A stretch of 64,000 nt of DNA, from NCBI GenBank assembly GCA_043228905.1, contig JBHGNT010000005.1, positions 6,386,001 through 6,450,000 of the forward strand, given 5' to 3'. Made by a program: the position numbers and the translations under genes. Within the stretch, counting starts at the first letter, position 1. Each line of letters opens with the position of its first letter. This document shows positions 44,901-58,123 of this stretch, piece by piece. The DNA is from Azolla caroliniana. Its lineage: Eukaryota; Plantae; Polypodiophyta. The notes under the pieces are model-generated. The model worked only from the letters and a program-made list of their open reading frames with translations, did no database searches and was not told the DNA's origin.

Positions 44901-46266
44901 GCTGCGACCGAGCCCGCCCCTGTCGATCCTTTGTCAACCCATTCCCGGCGTTTGTCGAAACGGCCACAGACCCTCTTCACCACGGCCCAGTTGGTCGTCA
45001 ACCCGTCATCAGTCTCCAATAGGAGGCCTACTTGCTCCCGATCCCACTCGTCAACTGACTTAACAAACAATAGGACACGACTTGTGTCCAGAATGGTCCG
45101 GTCAAGCACCGAGAGGCGCGCGAAGCGTTCCTCAAACTCCCGGAGGAGCACCGACGCGTTCCTTCCTTTGTCGGGGGTCTCCACCCACTCCTTGAAGTCC
45201 CGCTTCGAAAGTCGAAGCGCATCTTCAAGCCCGTATTTTTCGAGGAGCCGACCTTCGAACTCCTCCCAGGTACGGCTCTCGGCCCGTACCTCGAGCACCT
45301 CCGTATGGATGCCCGGCATCCCCACTTGAGGGAATCCGGCTAGACACCTCTCTTCCGGAATGTCCCTCATTACCATCTCAGCCCGGTAGGACGCCAAGTA
45401 GCTCGTGGCATCCTTCCCACTAAACCGGTCGATCGTACCGACAACCGCCTCGATAGCCCTATCAAGGGCGCCGGTGCCTTCGCGCGCGCTCACTATACGG
45501 TCCACAGCCAAAGCCATGGCTTCTGCGAGATCCGACCCCCTCATCTTCTACTCCTCTGCCGCCTATTCACGTCGGGTTCACCAAATGATGTCACGTTATT
45601 ATGTGCGTGCGTGGGGAACAAGGCGGGACCACTGGGGTCTTGGACCGAGGAATAGGTGAGAAAAGGGAGAGAGAGAGAGAGAGACACGCTCACACACATA
45701 TAGACAGAGAAGCGCACGGGAACACGCCCCAACAACACAGGAGACACGAGTTGAACGGGGAATAGAGTATAAGAACACCAGTGTATGTATTTAAATATAT
45801 GTATGCAGATGACGCGAACGGTTACAACCGATTAGGTCGGCTAGACGGATACCGACACCTGATCACCCACGTGCGCAGGGGAGAAAGATGGAGATTCTGC
45901 CGGAAGCACACGGGCGTTCCACGGAGCAGAATTAGCCTCTCGAGAACCTGCGCAAAGGAAAGCTATGGAGAATGACAGAGAAGGGCTCGGTCCCAGTCCG
46001 ACAGCACTTCGTCCCCCCTTTCCCCCCGCGATCCCCCTCTCTTTTATATCTCAAGGAGGGAGACCGTTTTCACCCGTATACATCACATTAATTCTCTGTC
46101 CTTTCGGACAGAGATACTCCTCGATTCTCCCTATAGAATATTGCTACCTAGGATTTGACTTTTGTGCCTACCTATCTACTATACAACAGGGGGCGTGCCC
46201 ACGTGTAAGGGCCGGTTCACACACGCTACACACGGTTTGCGCCTGGGGATGGTTTTCCTCACGATA
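41981..46266 (-). mobile_element. G1 gypsy internal-deletion derivative (gag-PR kept; RT, RH and most of IN deleted)
   Basis: 5' LTR 45589-46266, PBS 45566-45583, gag-PR 45544-43419, deletion junction near 43050, partial 3' LTR 41981-42523. Confidence 0.9.
43419..45544 (-). pseudogene. gag: G1 gag-protease (frameshifted)
   Basis: ORFs 44387..45544 (CCHC CMWCDAVGHIRKDC) and 43419..44288 (VDHGSEI). Confidence 0.88.
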
Positions 46267-48375
46267 CCGTAGTCACGCTTTGATCCGGCCCGCGATGGCC
46301 ACTTGCGAGACTCTTGTTCCTCCCCAGGTGTGCCTTTCCAGCCCAACACACCTCCACGTGTTTGCCCCTACCGGCTCCTTCCGAAATCGTAATCGGCCAG
46401 TAAGGGTTTCGCACTTCGTTCGCCCCCGTCTTACTGACTCCCGATCCGCTATCTCGTGTCACCGGGTCCCGTTTCCCGCCGCCACCAACCTCCTCTCTCA
46501 GTCTCATGTTGCCACGTTGGCCAAACTGCCGGAGTCTCCGGATCGGTGTGAGGGTCCCATAGGACCGGACTCTGTTTCTCTTCATGTCGAAATTCGGGGG
46601 TCTTTTGTCGGAGTCCTTCGCGACTCTCCTCGTGTCTTCCGCATAGTCGGGTCTCGTTTCCCGCCACCACCAACCTTCTCTCTCGGTCTCATGTTGCCAC
46701 GTTGGCCGAACTGTTGGAGTCTCTGGTTCGGTGTGGGGATCCCGTAGGACGGAACTTCCTTATGCCCACTGACCTTGCCGAAAGATCCGAGATGGTCCGT
46801 AGCCGCCTCGCCGGCCTCATACCTCCTTGCCGTACGTCGCTTCCTGTCGTCCGATCACGTTCTCCTGCCGCCATCGTCCATCTCCCTAGGTCTCACGCCC
46901 GCTCTCGCTAGCCTGCCGCCGGAGTCTCCGGATCTGTGTGAGTGTCTTCGTGGAACTTCCTCTTTCGCCGTTTCCGCCCTTGTCCCCTCGCCGCCGCCGT
47001 CAGTATCTTGGTCTTACGTCGATCGTGTTTCCGACTGCCAAAGTCTCTAGATCCGGTGTGAAGGATCCTCCTTGGGCCTCCGATTTGTCTTCCCGACCTT
47101 GTCCTGGGTCATCCTTCTCCGCATGCCGCGAGGGAGGTTTGCTCCGCACCCTCTCCCGTGGTACCGACGTACCAATTTCCTTCCTTCCGGATTGGTTATC
47201 TGGAAACACGTCCTCCTTGTTATCGTCCAGGTCTGTTCACATTGGCCGTTCCCATTTCCCGCCGCCATCGTCCTTCTCTCTAGGTCTCACGTTGCCACGT
47301 TGGCCAAACTGCCAGAGTCTCTAGATCGGTGTGGGGATCCCGTAGGATTGGTTTATTTCATCCTCACTCACCTGTGCTTCTTTTGAACTCTTCGCCCTCC
47401 TTCTCGCGTACCCGCCTCCATCTCCCATCTCTTCAGGTCTCACGCCAGTGCTCGTTGTCGGCCGCCTGAGTCTCCGGATAAGACGTGGTGTTTCCATCCC
47501 GTAATGATTTGCGGACGCTCGTTCGGGGTACTGCTCCCCAAGCACGTTCGGTGAGAAGCATCTGGACTTCGATCGATCAAGTGCCGCCTGTACTTGATTC
47601 TCCAATGTCCGGAGTTTCGGGCAGTGGTGTCCGAAACCTGTCGGTCTCTCTCCGCAACCTCGATCGCTAGCTTCCCGATTTGCGTCCTTCGCCTGGTCGG
47701 CTTGTGTCCTCAAGTAAAAGAGGGTGATTTGTTTCGCACCCTCTTCCGTGCCGGCACTATTGTACCGAACCGAGGCCTACCGATCAGGCTCTATAGCCCG
47801 TCCTTGGTTTTCGCGCCTTGGGCCGGTTTCAGTCGAGTCATCCACATCTAGATCACGCTCCATCCGAATTGGAATGTCGATCTTTCCGTACCGCCTCCGT
47901 CCTTGGCCTCCTCGCAGGCCTTTTCCCATCCCTCTTCGCTGGCATCATGCCAGGACTCCTCGTCGGTGCCTTCCTTCTCTCCGGTTTTATGTCGGCACAC
48001 GGGCACGACCACCGGAGTCTCCGAAATCCGCGTGGAGGGCTCTTCTCCGCTCCCAACCTTGTCCTCAGTCGGCAATTCTCCGCAAGTCGAGAGGGCGTCT
48101 TGCTCCTCACCCTCTCCCGTGGTACCGTTGTACCCTCCCTCGGCCTCTGCCTGGGCCATGTCCACCTCGTCCGGAAGGCCAACTAGCTCTAGGTCTCCGG
48201 AATCTGACTGCGTGCCGGATCTTTCTTCTTCTTCGATCATCACCTTCAGAGCCTCGTACGCTTCCCGGACCAAGGTCTCGACATCAAGCTTCCCCGATTC
48301 TTCTCGTCGCGTTCCCACATCCTGTTGTGATGAAGCGCCATCGCGCGTCATCTTCCCCTTTCCGCTCGCGGACTA

Positions 48376-48983
48376 CTACTCGTCCAACCGCCGGCACACT
48401 TGTTCGACTTCCAACCAGTCCTCGGTAAGGCCATTCGCTCTGTCGTCGTCCTCGAGCTCAATTCCGATGGCCTCCCGTTCCGCTCGGTCGATCGACCTAA
48501 CGAACAATAGGACCTTTTCCACCCTCACCGATCTTTGTTCCCGCTCTGGGAGCCGAGTGAAGCGTCGCTCAAACTCCTTGAACGCCTTCATCGTGTCCCG
48601 GTGGGTCTTTGCCGACGATATCCATTGGTCGAAGTCACGCCTTCCCCGGCCTTTCGGACGCCCTCCGTATGCCTTGAGGAGCGCCTCTTTGAAAGCCTCC
48701 CACGAACTATGAGCCTCACGAAGCTCCTTTACTTCCGCATGCATCCAAACAGCTATGAACCGACAGAAGAACTCCAGCCTCAACGCCTCGTCTACGCCAC
48801 GCACTTCCATTTCTACGTTGTAGGCTTCCAAGTAAAATGGGACCTTGTCCCCATTGAAACGGCCGACTCTTTCGACCACTCACTCAATAGATTGTTGCGC
48901 CACTTCTCGCCTCATCACCACTCGTGCAGACTCCAATACCACTTCGGCCACCATCTCCGTAAGGTCATCATCTTCCGACTCCA
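48376..48983 (-). pseudogene. gag: Gag-like ORF of the non-autonomous element
   Basis: VERVGRFNGDKVPFYLEAY..KVLLFVRSI..GLTEDW; paralog of 62460..63395. Confidence 0.75.
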
Positions 48984-49304
48984 TCCTCCCTTGCCGCCCT
49001 TCACGTCGGTTTCACCAAAGATGTCGCGATGTTACGCGCGTGCATATAGAAGGGGCGGGACCACAAGGGTCTTGGACTAGGGAGTGACAGAGCGTAGGAA
49101 GCCGACTTCTCTCCGGTCCCGGCTGCACTGGTGGTGGCGCGAACCGGAGCGATTCCGGACGAGTACCGGTGGCTACCAAACGCAAGAGAGGAAGAGAGGG
49201 AGAGAACACGCACACAACACCGACACAACGCACACCTCTTATGTACAGGAAACACAGGGAAGGGAAAGCACCCGACACCGACAGAGACACAAATATGCAC
49301 AACC

Positions 49305-49347
<43 letters not shown>

Positions 49348-50148
49348 TACAAGAGTGAGTTACAACTCCTACTCCGACTCGGACTGAGGTAGGCTAGGTC
49401 CCAACGGTAGTCTACCGCCAAGCCGCCGTCAGGGAGCTCTCAGGCTCATCACGTCGAGCGGGGTTTTGCACAGGGGCCGACCAGAAGCAACCTACAACAG
49501 GGAGAGATACAACCCCGGTCGCGAACCGGCTACGCACAGAAAAAGAGTTAACCTAATAGCTTTCCCGCCATAGCTGCCGCTCGAGTTCTTGAGAAGGAGA
49601 AGGAGCAGAGAAAAAAAAAAAAAATGTCACTCCCTAGAGACGAAGCACAAAATGGTATACCCTTACGACTCAAAAATGGGCAACCCCTTCATAAGTGACC
49701 CCTCCCTTCCTTTTATAGCCCAAGGAGGGAGGGACCTTACAATGTGGGATAAAATTTCCCCTCTTATTTCTATACACCATTTCCTAGTATACGTGTGCAC
49801 ATGTTGCACACCACCGACTTGCCCTTTCCACCCCGGTTTCCACCTATGGACGAAAATCTTCACGACAATGGTTTGAGCCTAGTACGTAGGTGTATTCCTT
49901 GGAGTTTGTGTCAATCGCTCGTATGAGCATTGAAGTTCATGTCAGTACTTCTGTCATTCCTTTTAAGGACTTGTATAAAAAGTGTTATGTAGGACATTTG
50001 TATGTACAGAGTGTTATTATTTTGAATTTAGTTTATGCTATTCTGCACTCTCTGTCTATGTCATGTGAAGCTTCCATTAAACCTGTACTCTTTCTATTGT
50101 TATCCGGGTGAACCGATTTGTCAAAGCTTCCGCATATTAACTTTGATA

Positions 50149-50388
50149 GATTGTGGTTGCAAATCATATTCTAATGGCCACTATATGACATACTGTTACA
50201 TGTTGGATAGTCTTGCCCAAGTCGATGAAATTGATAAAAAGGATTATCAAAAATTTCTTATGGGGGACCACAGAGGAAAAACATGCTCATGCAAAGGTTG
50301 CTTGGACCATACTGGTAAAGGAAAAAGTGAAGACAGGGTGGGATTGATAAATCCCGTGGTGCAAACGAATGCCTTGCTAGTAAAATTG
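50149..50388 (+). pseudogene. LINE ORF2 piece 2
   Basis: Continues GKIV|VANHILMATI...GLINPVVQTNALLVKL across the TSD. Confidence 0.8.
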
Positions 50389-53300
50389 TGAAAGAAAAAA
50401 CGTGAAATATTGCTCGGCCACAACCGAGTAATGAATCACTTCAATGAGAATGAAACACATAAATGGGAAATAGAGAGTGAACACATGTACACACACACTC
50501 CGATAGAGAGTACACATGATGTTTACGTGGAAAACCCTGAATGGGAAAAACCACGGCAGCCCACAGACTCCAACTATCACTATAAAGAAAAGGGTACAAT
50601 CAGAGACTCAGAGGCAACGACCTCGAGCTCTGTATCTTCACCAAGCGGCGGTTACAATAGAGTATCGCTCTATATCTCTCTCTATATATATACAACAGTT
50701 ATGCACATACAACAATATAACAACCACATACTAAGTGATTGCCCTAAGTCATATTTATACTTATATGAACTTAGGGCTATTTACAAATATAGCCTCAATA
50801 GGCTTACTCAAAACATATTTACCAATATGTCTTCTCTTCCGGTTCTCACCGGGTCCATCCAATCTGGTTTCCGGATCTCTTTTGATTCTCACCGGGTCCA
50901 CCCGATCCGGTTTCCGGATCTCTTCCGTTTCTCACCAGATCCCATCCGGAGGGACCAATTTCCCAACAATCTCCCCCTTCACTCCGGCATGGGATGTCTC
51001 GCCAGCTCAATCCACTTTCGACACGTGTTCAGCTTGTCGGTTGTCAACACCTTGGTTAGCATGTCCGACCCGTTCTCCTCCCTGTGGATCTTCGTCAACA
51101 CGAACTCTTGATCTTCTACTCTCTCCCGGATCCAGGGGTACCTTCGCTAGATATGCTTCGTCCGGGAATGGTAGGCCGCATTCTTTGCAAGGTGGATGGC
51201 ACTTTGACTGTCGCAGCAGAGCCATTATTCCTCCTGTTGGATTCCTAACTCTCCGATGAAGTCCTTCATCCATATTATCTCCTTGCCGGCTTCTACAGCT
51301 GCCATGTACTCCACCTCCGTGGTTGACAACGCAACTGTCTTTTGCAGCCTCGACTACCATGAAACAACTCCCCCTACATAAGTCATGACATATCGGGATG
51401 TAGACCGGCTGGTATCCGCATCAGTAGACATATCCGAATGCGTGAATCCATCAAGTTGGGGATTACCGGAGCCGAACCAGAGGCACATACTCAAGGTGCC
51501 TTTCAGATACTAGAGTATCCACTTGACCGCATTCCAATGCTCTCTTCCATGAATGCTTATGAACCGGCTTACCACTCCGACTGCATATCCGATATCCGGT
51601 CGGGTACATACCATCGCGTACATCAAGCTTCCGACGGCAGAGGCATATGGTATCTTCATCATATCCGTCTTCTCCGCCTTTGTCCTTGGACTTTGTTTTC
51701 CGGATAGCTTGCAGTTTGCCGGAAGTGTCGATCCGACCGGCTTCGCCTCCGACATGTTGAACTGTTGAAGCACCTTTGTCACATACTTCTCCTGTGACAA
51801 CCACAACAACTTCTTCGACCAGTCCCGGATGATGTGCATTCCCAATATCTGTCTTGCCAGACCCAAGTCTTTCATTGAGAAGGTCCGGTTCAGAGCCTTC
51901 TTCAGCATCCAAATCTTGCTTTGGTCTCTTCCAACGATCAGCATATCATCCACATATAGGAGGAATATCAGGAAATCTCCTCCGTCAAATTTCTTCACAA
52001 ACACGCAGTGATCAGCCTGCGTCTTGTGGTACCCTTGGTCGGTCATGAAGGAGTCAAACTTCTGGTACCATTGCCGGGGAGCTTGCTTCAGTCCATATAA
52101 GCTCTTCTTCAGTCGGCACACCAGGTGCTCCTTCCCTTTCTTCTCAAATCCTTCTGGTTGATGCATGTAGATCTCCTCTTCGAGGTCACCATGGAGGAAC
52201 TTCATCTTTATGTTTAGTTGCTCTACCTCGAGGTCCATGCTTGCCGCTATGCTTAGCACCGTCCAGATGGAAGTCATCTTAACTACCAAGGCAAAAATCT
52301 CGTCGAAATCAATTCCTTTCTTCTGCTAGAACCCCTTCACCACGATCCGGGCTTTGTATCTCGGAGGGTTTCCGGCACCTCCTGGTTTTAACTTGTACAC
52401 CCACTTGTTCCGGAGTGTCCTCTTTCCTTTCGGCAACTCCGTTAGTTCATATGTGTGGTTCTCATGCAGGGAATCCATCTCGTCATGCATGGCACTCAAC
52501 CACTTGCGGATGTGGGGGTCTTTCTTTGCTCTTCGAAGCTTTCCGGCTCCCCCCAATCGGTTAGAAACACATGCTCTGCATCCGTAAATCTCCAGGGGGC
52601 TCTTTTCTCTCGAAGAGGGTATCTCCGTCCTTGGTTTCTGACTACCGGTTCCTCTGTTCTGAATCCGAATCCGATTCGGGATCTTGTCTGGTTCCGGTGT
52701 CTTCTTCTTCTTCGGTCGGTTCGGTTTCTTGTCCGTATCCGGCCGGTTCATCGAGTGTCCTCCGGTTGCCAACCAACATCCGGTTTTCAACCGGATAGGT
52801 CCTTGTATTCTCAAATTGGTTTTCATTGGATGATCCAGAGTTCATCACCTTCTTCTCCGACTCCCAGTCGGCAATGGTCTTGTCTTCCATGAAGACTATG
52901 TCCCGACTCCGGAACACCTTCTTGTCAACCAGATCCCACACCCGGTAACCAAACTCATCATCGTTGTATCCAAGGAATATGCATGGCCGGGACTTCGAAT
53001 CCAGCTTTGCTCTCTTGTCCTTTACACATGCACATAAGCGAGACATTTGAATACCTTTAGATGCCGGTAGGACACGTCCTTACCGATCCATACTCTTTGC
53101 AGTGTGTCTCCGTCCAAGGGTAATGAGGGTGATCTATTTATCACATAGGTTGTTGTTCTCAGTGCCTCAGCCCAAAACGTCTTGGGTAACTTGGCATGTG
53201 CAAGCATGCTCCGGACTCTCTCCATTATGGTTCGGTTCATCCTTTCGGCCAGCCGTTTAGTTCTAACGTCTTCGGCACTGTAAATTCGAGCCGGATTCCC

Positions 53301-55513
53301 TTTGATCGGCAGTACTCCTCGAACTACCCCCGATATTCTCCTCCGTTATTTGCTTGAACCGCCTTCAGCTTCCGGCCGGTTTCTCTTTCCACTCTCGCGT
53401 GGACTTCCGTAAAAACGGATAACACTTGATCCTTCGTCTTCACTGGTGCGACCCACAACTTCCGGTTGTGGTCGTCTATGAACGTCGCAAAGTACTACGA
53501 TCCGCATGTGACATCATGTCCACTTGACACACATCGGTATGCACCAGCTCTAGTGGTGCATTCCATCTCATCGGTGGTCTTGACCGAAAGGATGTTCGGT
53601 TTTGTTTGCCAGCCAAGCAATCGGTGCACTTCTCAAGTTGCACGTCCTTCACCGGAATAAGATTATCTTCGGCAAGCCTCTTCATCCCCTTCTCACTCAT
53701 GTGACACAGTCTTTTGTGCCACAACTCACCGGCCGTGTTGGATGCTACGTTCACTTCTTCCTGGCATATCCGGGCATGCATTAGATACAACGTGTTGACC
53801 TTCCGGGCTCGTGCCACTATTAGGCTCCCTTTGCTAAACTTCATAACTCCGTTCTGGATGCTACCCGTGTAGCCTTCATCATCTAGCCGATCGGCTGATA
53901 TCAAGTTCAGTCGAACCTCTAGAACGTGTCAGACGTCCTTCAGCAGCAATTTGCATCTGGTTGGTATCGTCAACAACAAATCTCCTATGCCGACAATTCG
54001 GCATGTGCCTTCATTCCCCATCCGGACACAACCATGATCACCAACTAAGTAGGATGAGAAGTATCTATGATCCGGTGTTAGGTGGAACAACGCTCTGGAA
54101 TCGACAACCCATGTTGTCTCATCGCCGACAAGGTTTAACTCATTCTCCTCGGTGATGAGCATCAGTTCTTCTTCACCTGTCGCGATCGCCGACGTTCCCT
54201 TCCGATCCAACCCTTTATGGTCCGAACCGGTCCAGTCCGAACACTTCTTCGAATCGGCACTGTCGGTTCCTTTCTCTTTCCGGAAATGTCGACAGTTCTT
54301 CTAGAAGTGCCCTGGCTTCCCACAGTAGAAGCAGATAGGCCTCCCCCTTGACTTTGACCTTGTCCCCAATTTGTCCTGGTTTTGGGGACTCCGATACCGG
54401 CCTCTTCCCCAGTTGTCGTCATCTTCCGTAACCAAGGCCTGGGGACTCTGATACCAGCCTCTTCCCCGGTTGTCGTCATTCTCCTCAGTGATGAGCATCA
54501 GTTCTTCTTCACTTGTCGCGATCGCCGACATTCCCTTCCGATCCAACCCTTTCTGGTCCGAACCGGTCCAGTCCGAACCAGGTGTATCAGGCCTTGGAAG
54601 GCATTCATGTGCTCCACCATACTAGAGTCATCCTGGTACCGGAGCCTCACGAGCTTCCGGAATACTGAAACCCGATTAACAACATTCTTGTTCTGGAACA
54701 TGATGTCGATCTTCTCCCAGAGTTCGTGAGCCTTACTCTCTTCATTGAAGTTGTTGTACAGGCTCATGTTGATGAAGCACCGGATGTATGTCGTCATCTT
54801 CATGTGCATCACCTACCACACTATGGCATCGATCTTATCCGGTCTCTTGTCCCCGAACTGAACCGGCAACCAATGATCTTTAACCACTACCATATCCCTC
54901 ATCTTCGACTTCCACACTAAGTAGTTGGAGCCGGTGAGCTTGAACATGTCGTCGAACGATTCTTCCATTTCTTGTGTTGTTCGCTCTGATACCATATTGA
55001 AAGAAAAAATGCGGAATACTGCTCGGCCACAACCGAGTAATTAATCTCTTCAATGACAATGAAACACAAAAATGGGAAATAGAGAGTGAACGCATATACA
55101 CACACACTCCGATAGAGAGTACACATGATGTTTACGTGGAAAACCCTGAATGGGAAAAACCACGGGAGCCCACATACTCCAACTATCACTATAAAGAAAA
55201 GGGTACAATCATATACTTAGAGGCAACAACCTCGAGCTCTATATCTTTGCCAAGTGCCGGTTACAACAAAGTATCACTCTGTATTTCTCTCTATATATAT
55301 TACAACAGTTATGCACATACAACAATATAACAACCACATACTAAGTGATTGCCCTAAGTCATATTTATACTTATATGAACTTAGGGCTATTTACAGATAT
55401 AACCTCAATAGGCTTACTCAAAACATATTTACCAATATGTCTTCTCTTCCGGTTCTCACCGGGTCCTCTTCATTCATAACCGGATCCCATCCGGAGGGAC
55501 CAATTTCCCAATA
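50389..55513 (-). mobile_element. Tnt1-like Ty1/copia with both LTRs, rearranged gag, TSD AATTG
   Basis: LTRs 50389-50968 and 54998-55513; Met PBS 54983-54994; TSD 50384-50388 and 55514-55518; RT ORF 51510..52289. Confidence 0.93.
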
Positions 55514-56570
55514 AATTGGTGGTCAGGAGCTTGCAACCACCTGAGGCACCTTGGAAAATTCTATGGAGACGTAGACGGAAGATGTGACTGCCGAGACAAG
55601 GTGGATGTTGGCCAAGCAAGCCCTTTTGGGGTTTTGTGCCAGAAATGCGACCCAAATATTGGGGATGTATGCAAAGTCTATGTGTTGTTGGCATTATGAA
55701 AGCATAGCAAGGAATCAGAAAGGGGATCACTTGTAAGTGGAGAAATGATGCATATGCCCGGATGTACATGCCAATTGTGTGGAACCCACTGATTAGAGAT
55801 GTGGATGGGCTGATGATAGGACAAAAACCAGGCTTCAAGTGGGCCAACTTAATCAATGGCCAAGGGAATGCATTAGTGGACTGGAAGAGATTTCTATCTA
55901 ATGGTGTGGACACTCAAAAGGCTAGAATATGGAGGATAAGCAAGGGTAAAAGCATGCTCAAGAGAATTACATATGCCATTGCACGCAACAGGGATACCTT
56001 GTAAGATGAAGATATAATTACCTCCGAAACTGAATGGACATGACTTATAGATGCTAAGAATTGTCTTATTGGAATTAAGGGAATAAAAGTAGGATCTAAT
56101 GAGGCATGATACTACAAAATAGAGCATGGAATGGCAATATGTGAGCAACCAGCCTATCAAAGCAAAAGGCCGATTAGGCTGATTGCAAAAAATGGAAAGG
56201 ATATGATGATTGACCCTAAGCCAAGGGAGATCACATTGACGACAGTGTGTTGGCCAATAGAATGGTGTTATCAGCTATCATGGGACCCATGGATGTATTT
56301 TTGGAGAACTCAAGGACGAATTGAGGGTGCGAAGCTGGTTCAATTTTTCAGGTACAACACGAAAATTGAGAGGCAAATTATTCTAGAACAAGAACATGAC
56401 AAGATTCCAACACATAAACTTTGGATACATGAGGGCATTAGTGAAAGGAGATTAGATCAACTCTAGAAAATGATATGGCAAGACAATAATGACTGCAAGA
56501 TAATTATGTGCTTATGGCTTATTGCGCATAGAACATGGCCGGTAGGTGTTGGCATAAAAGGACAACTCCT
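55514..56570 (+). pseudogene. LINE ORF2 piece 3 (post-RT region), degenerate
   Basis: Reading frame resumes KL|VVRSLQPPEAPWKILWR; PIVWNPLI; Trp-rich downstream segments. Confidence 0.6.
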
Positions 56571-56759
56571 TCCACTTTGTATCCTAGTGTGTGAACACGT
56601 ACAAATAGTTAGGGCTTAGTATATAAGCAATAACCTAACGTTGTAACTAGTGATCTTGTATCTTGAACCTCTGAGTGTAGTGCTACAAAGAGAGAACGAA
56701 ATGACATAGCTTCCATTAAAGCTTCAAATGGGTTTTCAAATACAAATATGTATCTGGCT

Positions 56760-57945
56760 CAGAGAAACCCAAATACAAAGCTTGGCTCGTCGCGAAAGGG
56801 TTCAAACAGGAACTTGGGGTTGACTACAACAAGATATTCTCTCCAATAGTCAAGATGACCACCATTCGGCTCCTACTTGGGGTCGTGGCGACAGAAGACC
56901 TAGAGCTTGAGCAACTGGACGTCAAGACGGCTTTCCTACATAGAGAACTGGAAGAAGACATCTACATGTCTCAATCGGCAGGCTTCACATCGACAGGGGA
57001 GGAAGGTCACCTCGTATGTCGACTGAAGACTGAAGGAAAGCCTCTATGGCTTAAAACAAGCGTTGAGGATGTGGTACCAGAAGTTTGACTCCTACATCTG
57101 ACAGATCGGTTACAGCCGGTCCAACTCCAACCCATGTCTATATACTCAACAGATGGCCGATGAGTTCCAGATCTATCTGATTCTATACATCGACGACATG
57201 TTGATTCCAGAGAGCAATCAAGCCGAAATAGGAAAGCTAAAGCGAAGCCTTCACGACAAGTTTGTGATGAAGGAACTTGGACAAGCCCGACATATAATGG
57301 GCATGAGGATAGAGCAAAATCGGAAGACAAAGACTCTTCGACTCTCCCAGTCTGAGTACATCAAAAAGGTGTTGAGACGCGTCAACATGGAAAATGTCAA
57401 GTCAACACCAACACCGCTTCTGACGTCGATCCAACTATCAAATAGAGACTTTCAGATCGCAAATCCGACCGAAGTCGAAGGCTACACTGACTCTGAATAC
57501 GTCGGGAATTCGGACAATCGGAAGTGGACATCAGGCTACATCTTCACCTATGGTGGCAATGCCATATCATGGAGGTCGAAACTTGAAGAATGCACGGCCC
57601 TGTCTACCACACAGGCGGAGTACATAGCAACATCGGAGATAGCGAAGGAAGCGATTTGGCTGCACCGACTGACTGCCAACTTTTCGGCTACGAGCCAAAT
57701 CAACCGACTAGCGCTGACCATCTAGTACGACTCACAGAGCGCAATACACCTCATCAACAACCCTGTCAATCATGCTAGAAGAAACATATTGAGGTGCGGT
57801 ATCATCACATCTGGGAGCTAGTAACCAAAGTGAAGTTCGAAGTTCGGAACATCGACACCGAGGTAAACATCATTGATTGCCTGACGAAGCCACTCCCAGA
57901 TCAACGCTTCGGAGCACTAAGGACAAAGATGGGACTACAATAAGC
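56760..57945 (+). pseudogene. pol: Degenerate copia RT/RNase H fragment
   Basis: LEQLDVKTAFLH; LYIDDML; GYTDS..SGYIFT..ISWRSKL..LSTTQAEY. Confidence 0.88.
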
Positions 57946-58123
57946 GACTAAGCAGAAGAAAGTCCAACACAAAGCAGGAGGTTAGGCAGAATACCGACTT
58001 TATCCATGCTGACTCGGCTACCTGATGACTAACTTGTAACTATAACTTCGGATTAATTTGTAATCTAGGTTTACGGGGGGAGATAACCCCTCACCATTGT
58101 ATGTAAAAAGGAGTAGTCCTTTT

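Larger units (their letters stand above)
40686..49867 (-). mobile_element. Non-autonomous TR-GAG-like gypsy with paired 846-bp LTRs; 4-bp TSD ACGG/ATGG
   Basis: LTRs 40686-41531 and 49022-49867; Trp PBS 49000-49017; gag-like ORF 48376..48879; repeat region; PPT next to 41532. Contains a nested G1 element. Confidence 0.9.
27757..50148 (+). mobile_element. Bryco-like Ty1/copia with multiple nested insertions, TSD GATTG
   Basis: TSD 27752-27756 and 50149-50153. Split 5' LTR (27757-~28208 and 34183-34218) and split 3' LTR (40507-40685 and 49868-50148). Degenerate Met PBS GGGTATTAGAGC at 34219. PPT 40495-40506. Confidence 0.9.

Noticed and set aside
43921-48712. Long plus-strand ORFs (298, 248, 260, 269 aa)
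   Set aside because: Antisense shadows of GC-rich gag or repeat sequence, or LTR read-through.
50140-50148. Non-canonical TG...TA LTR termini (also 34218, 2765)
   Set aside because: Each TA is followed by G, so CAG>TAG deamination explains it; a real TA-ending family cannot be claimed from this window.
54446-54456. Internal Met-PBS-like TGGTATCAGAG
   Set aside because: It is a mutated duplicate of gag sequence CGGTATCGGAG, with no adjacent LTR.
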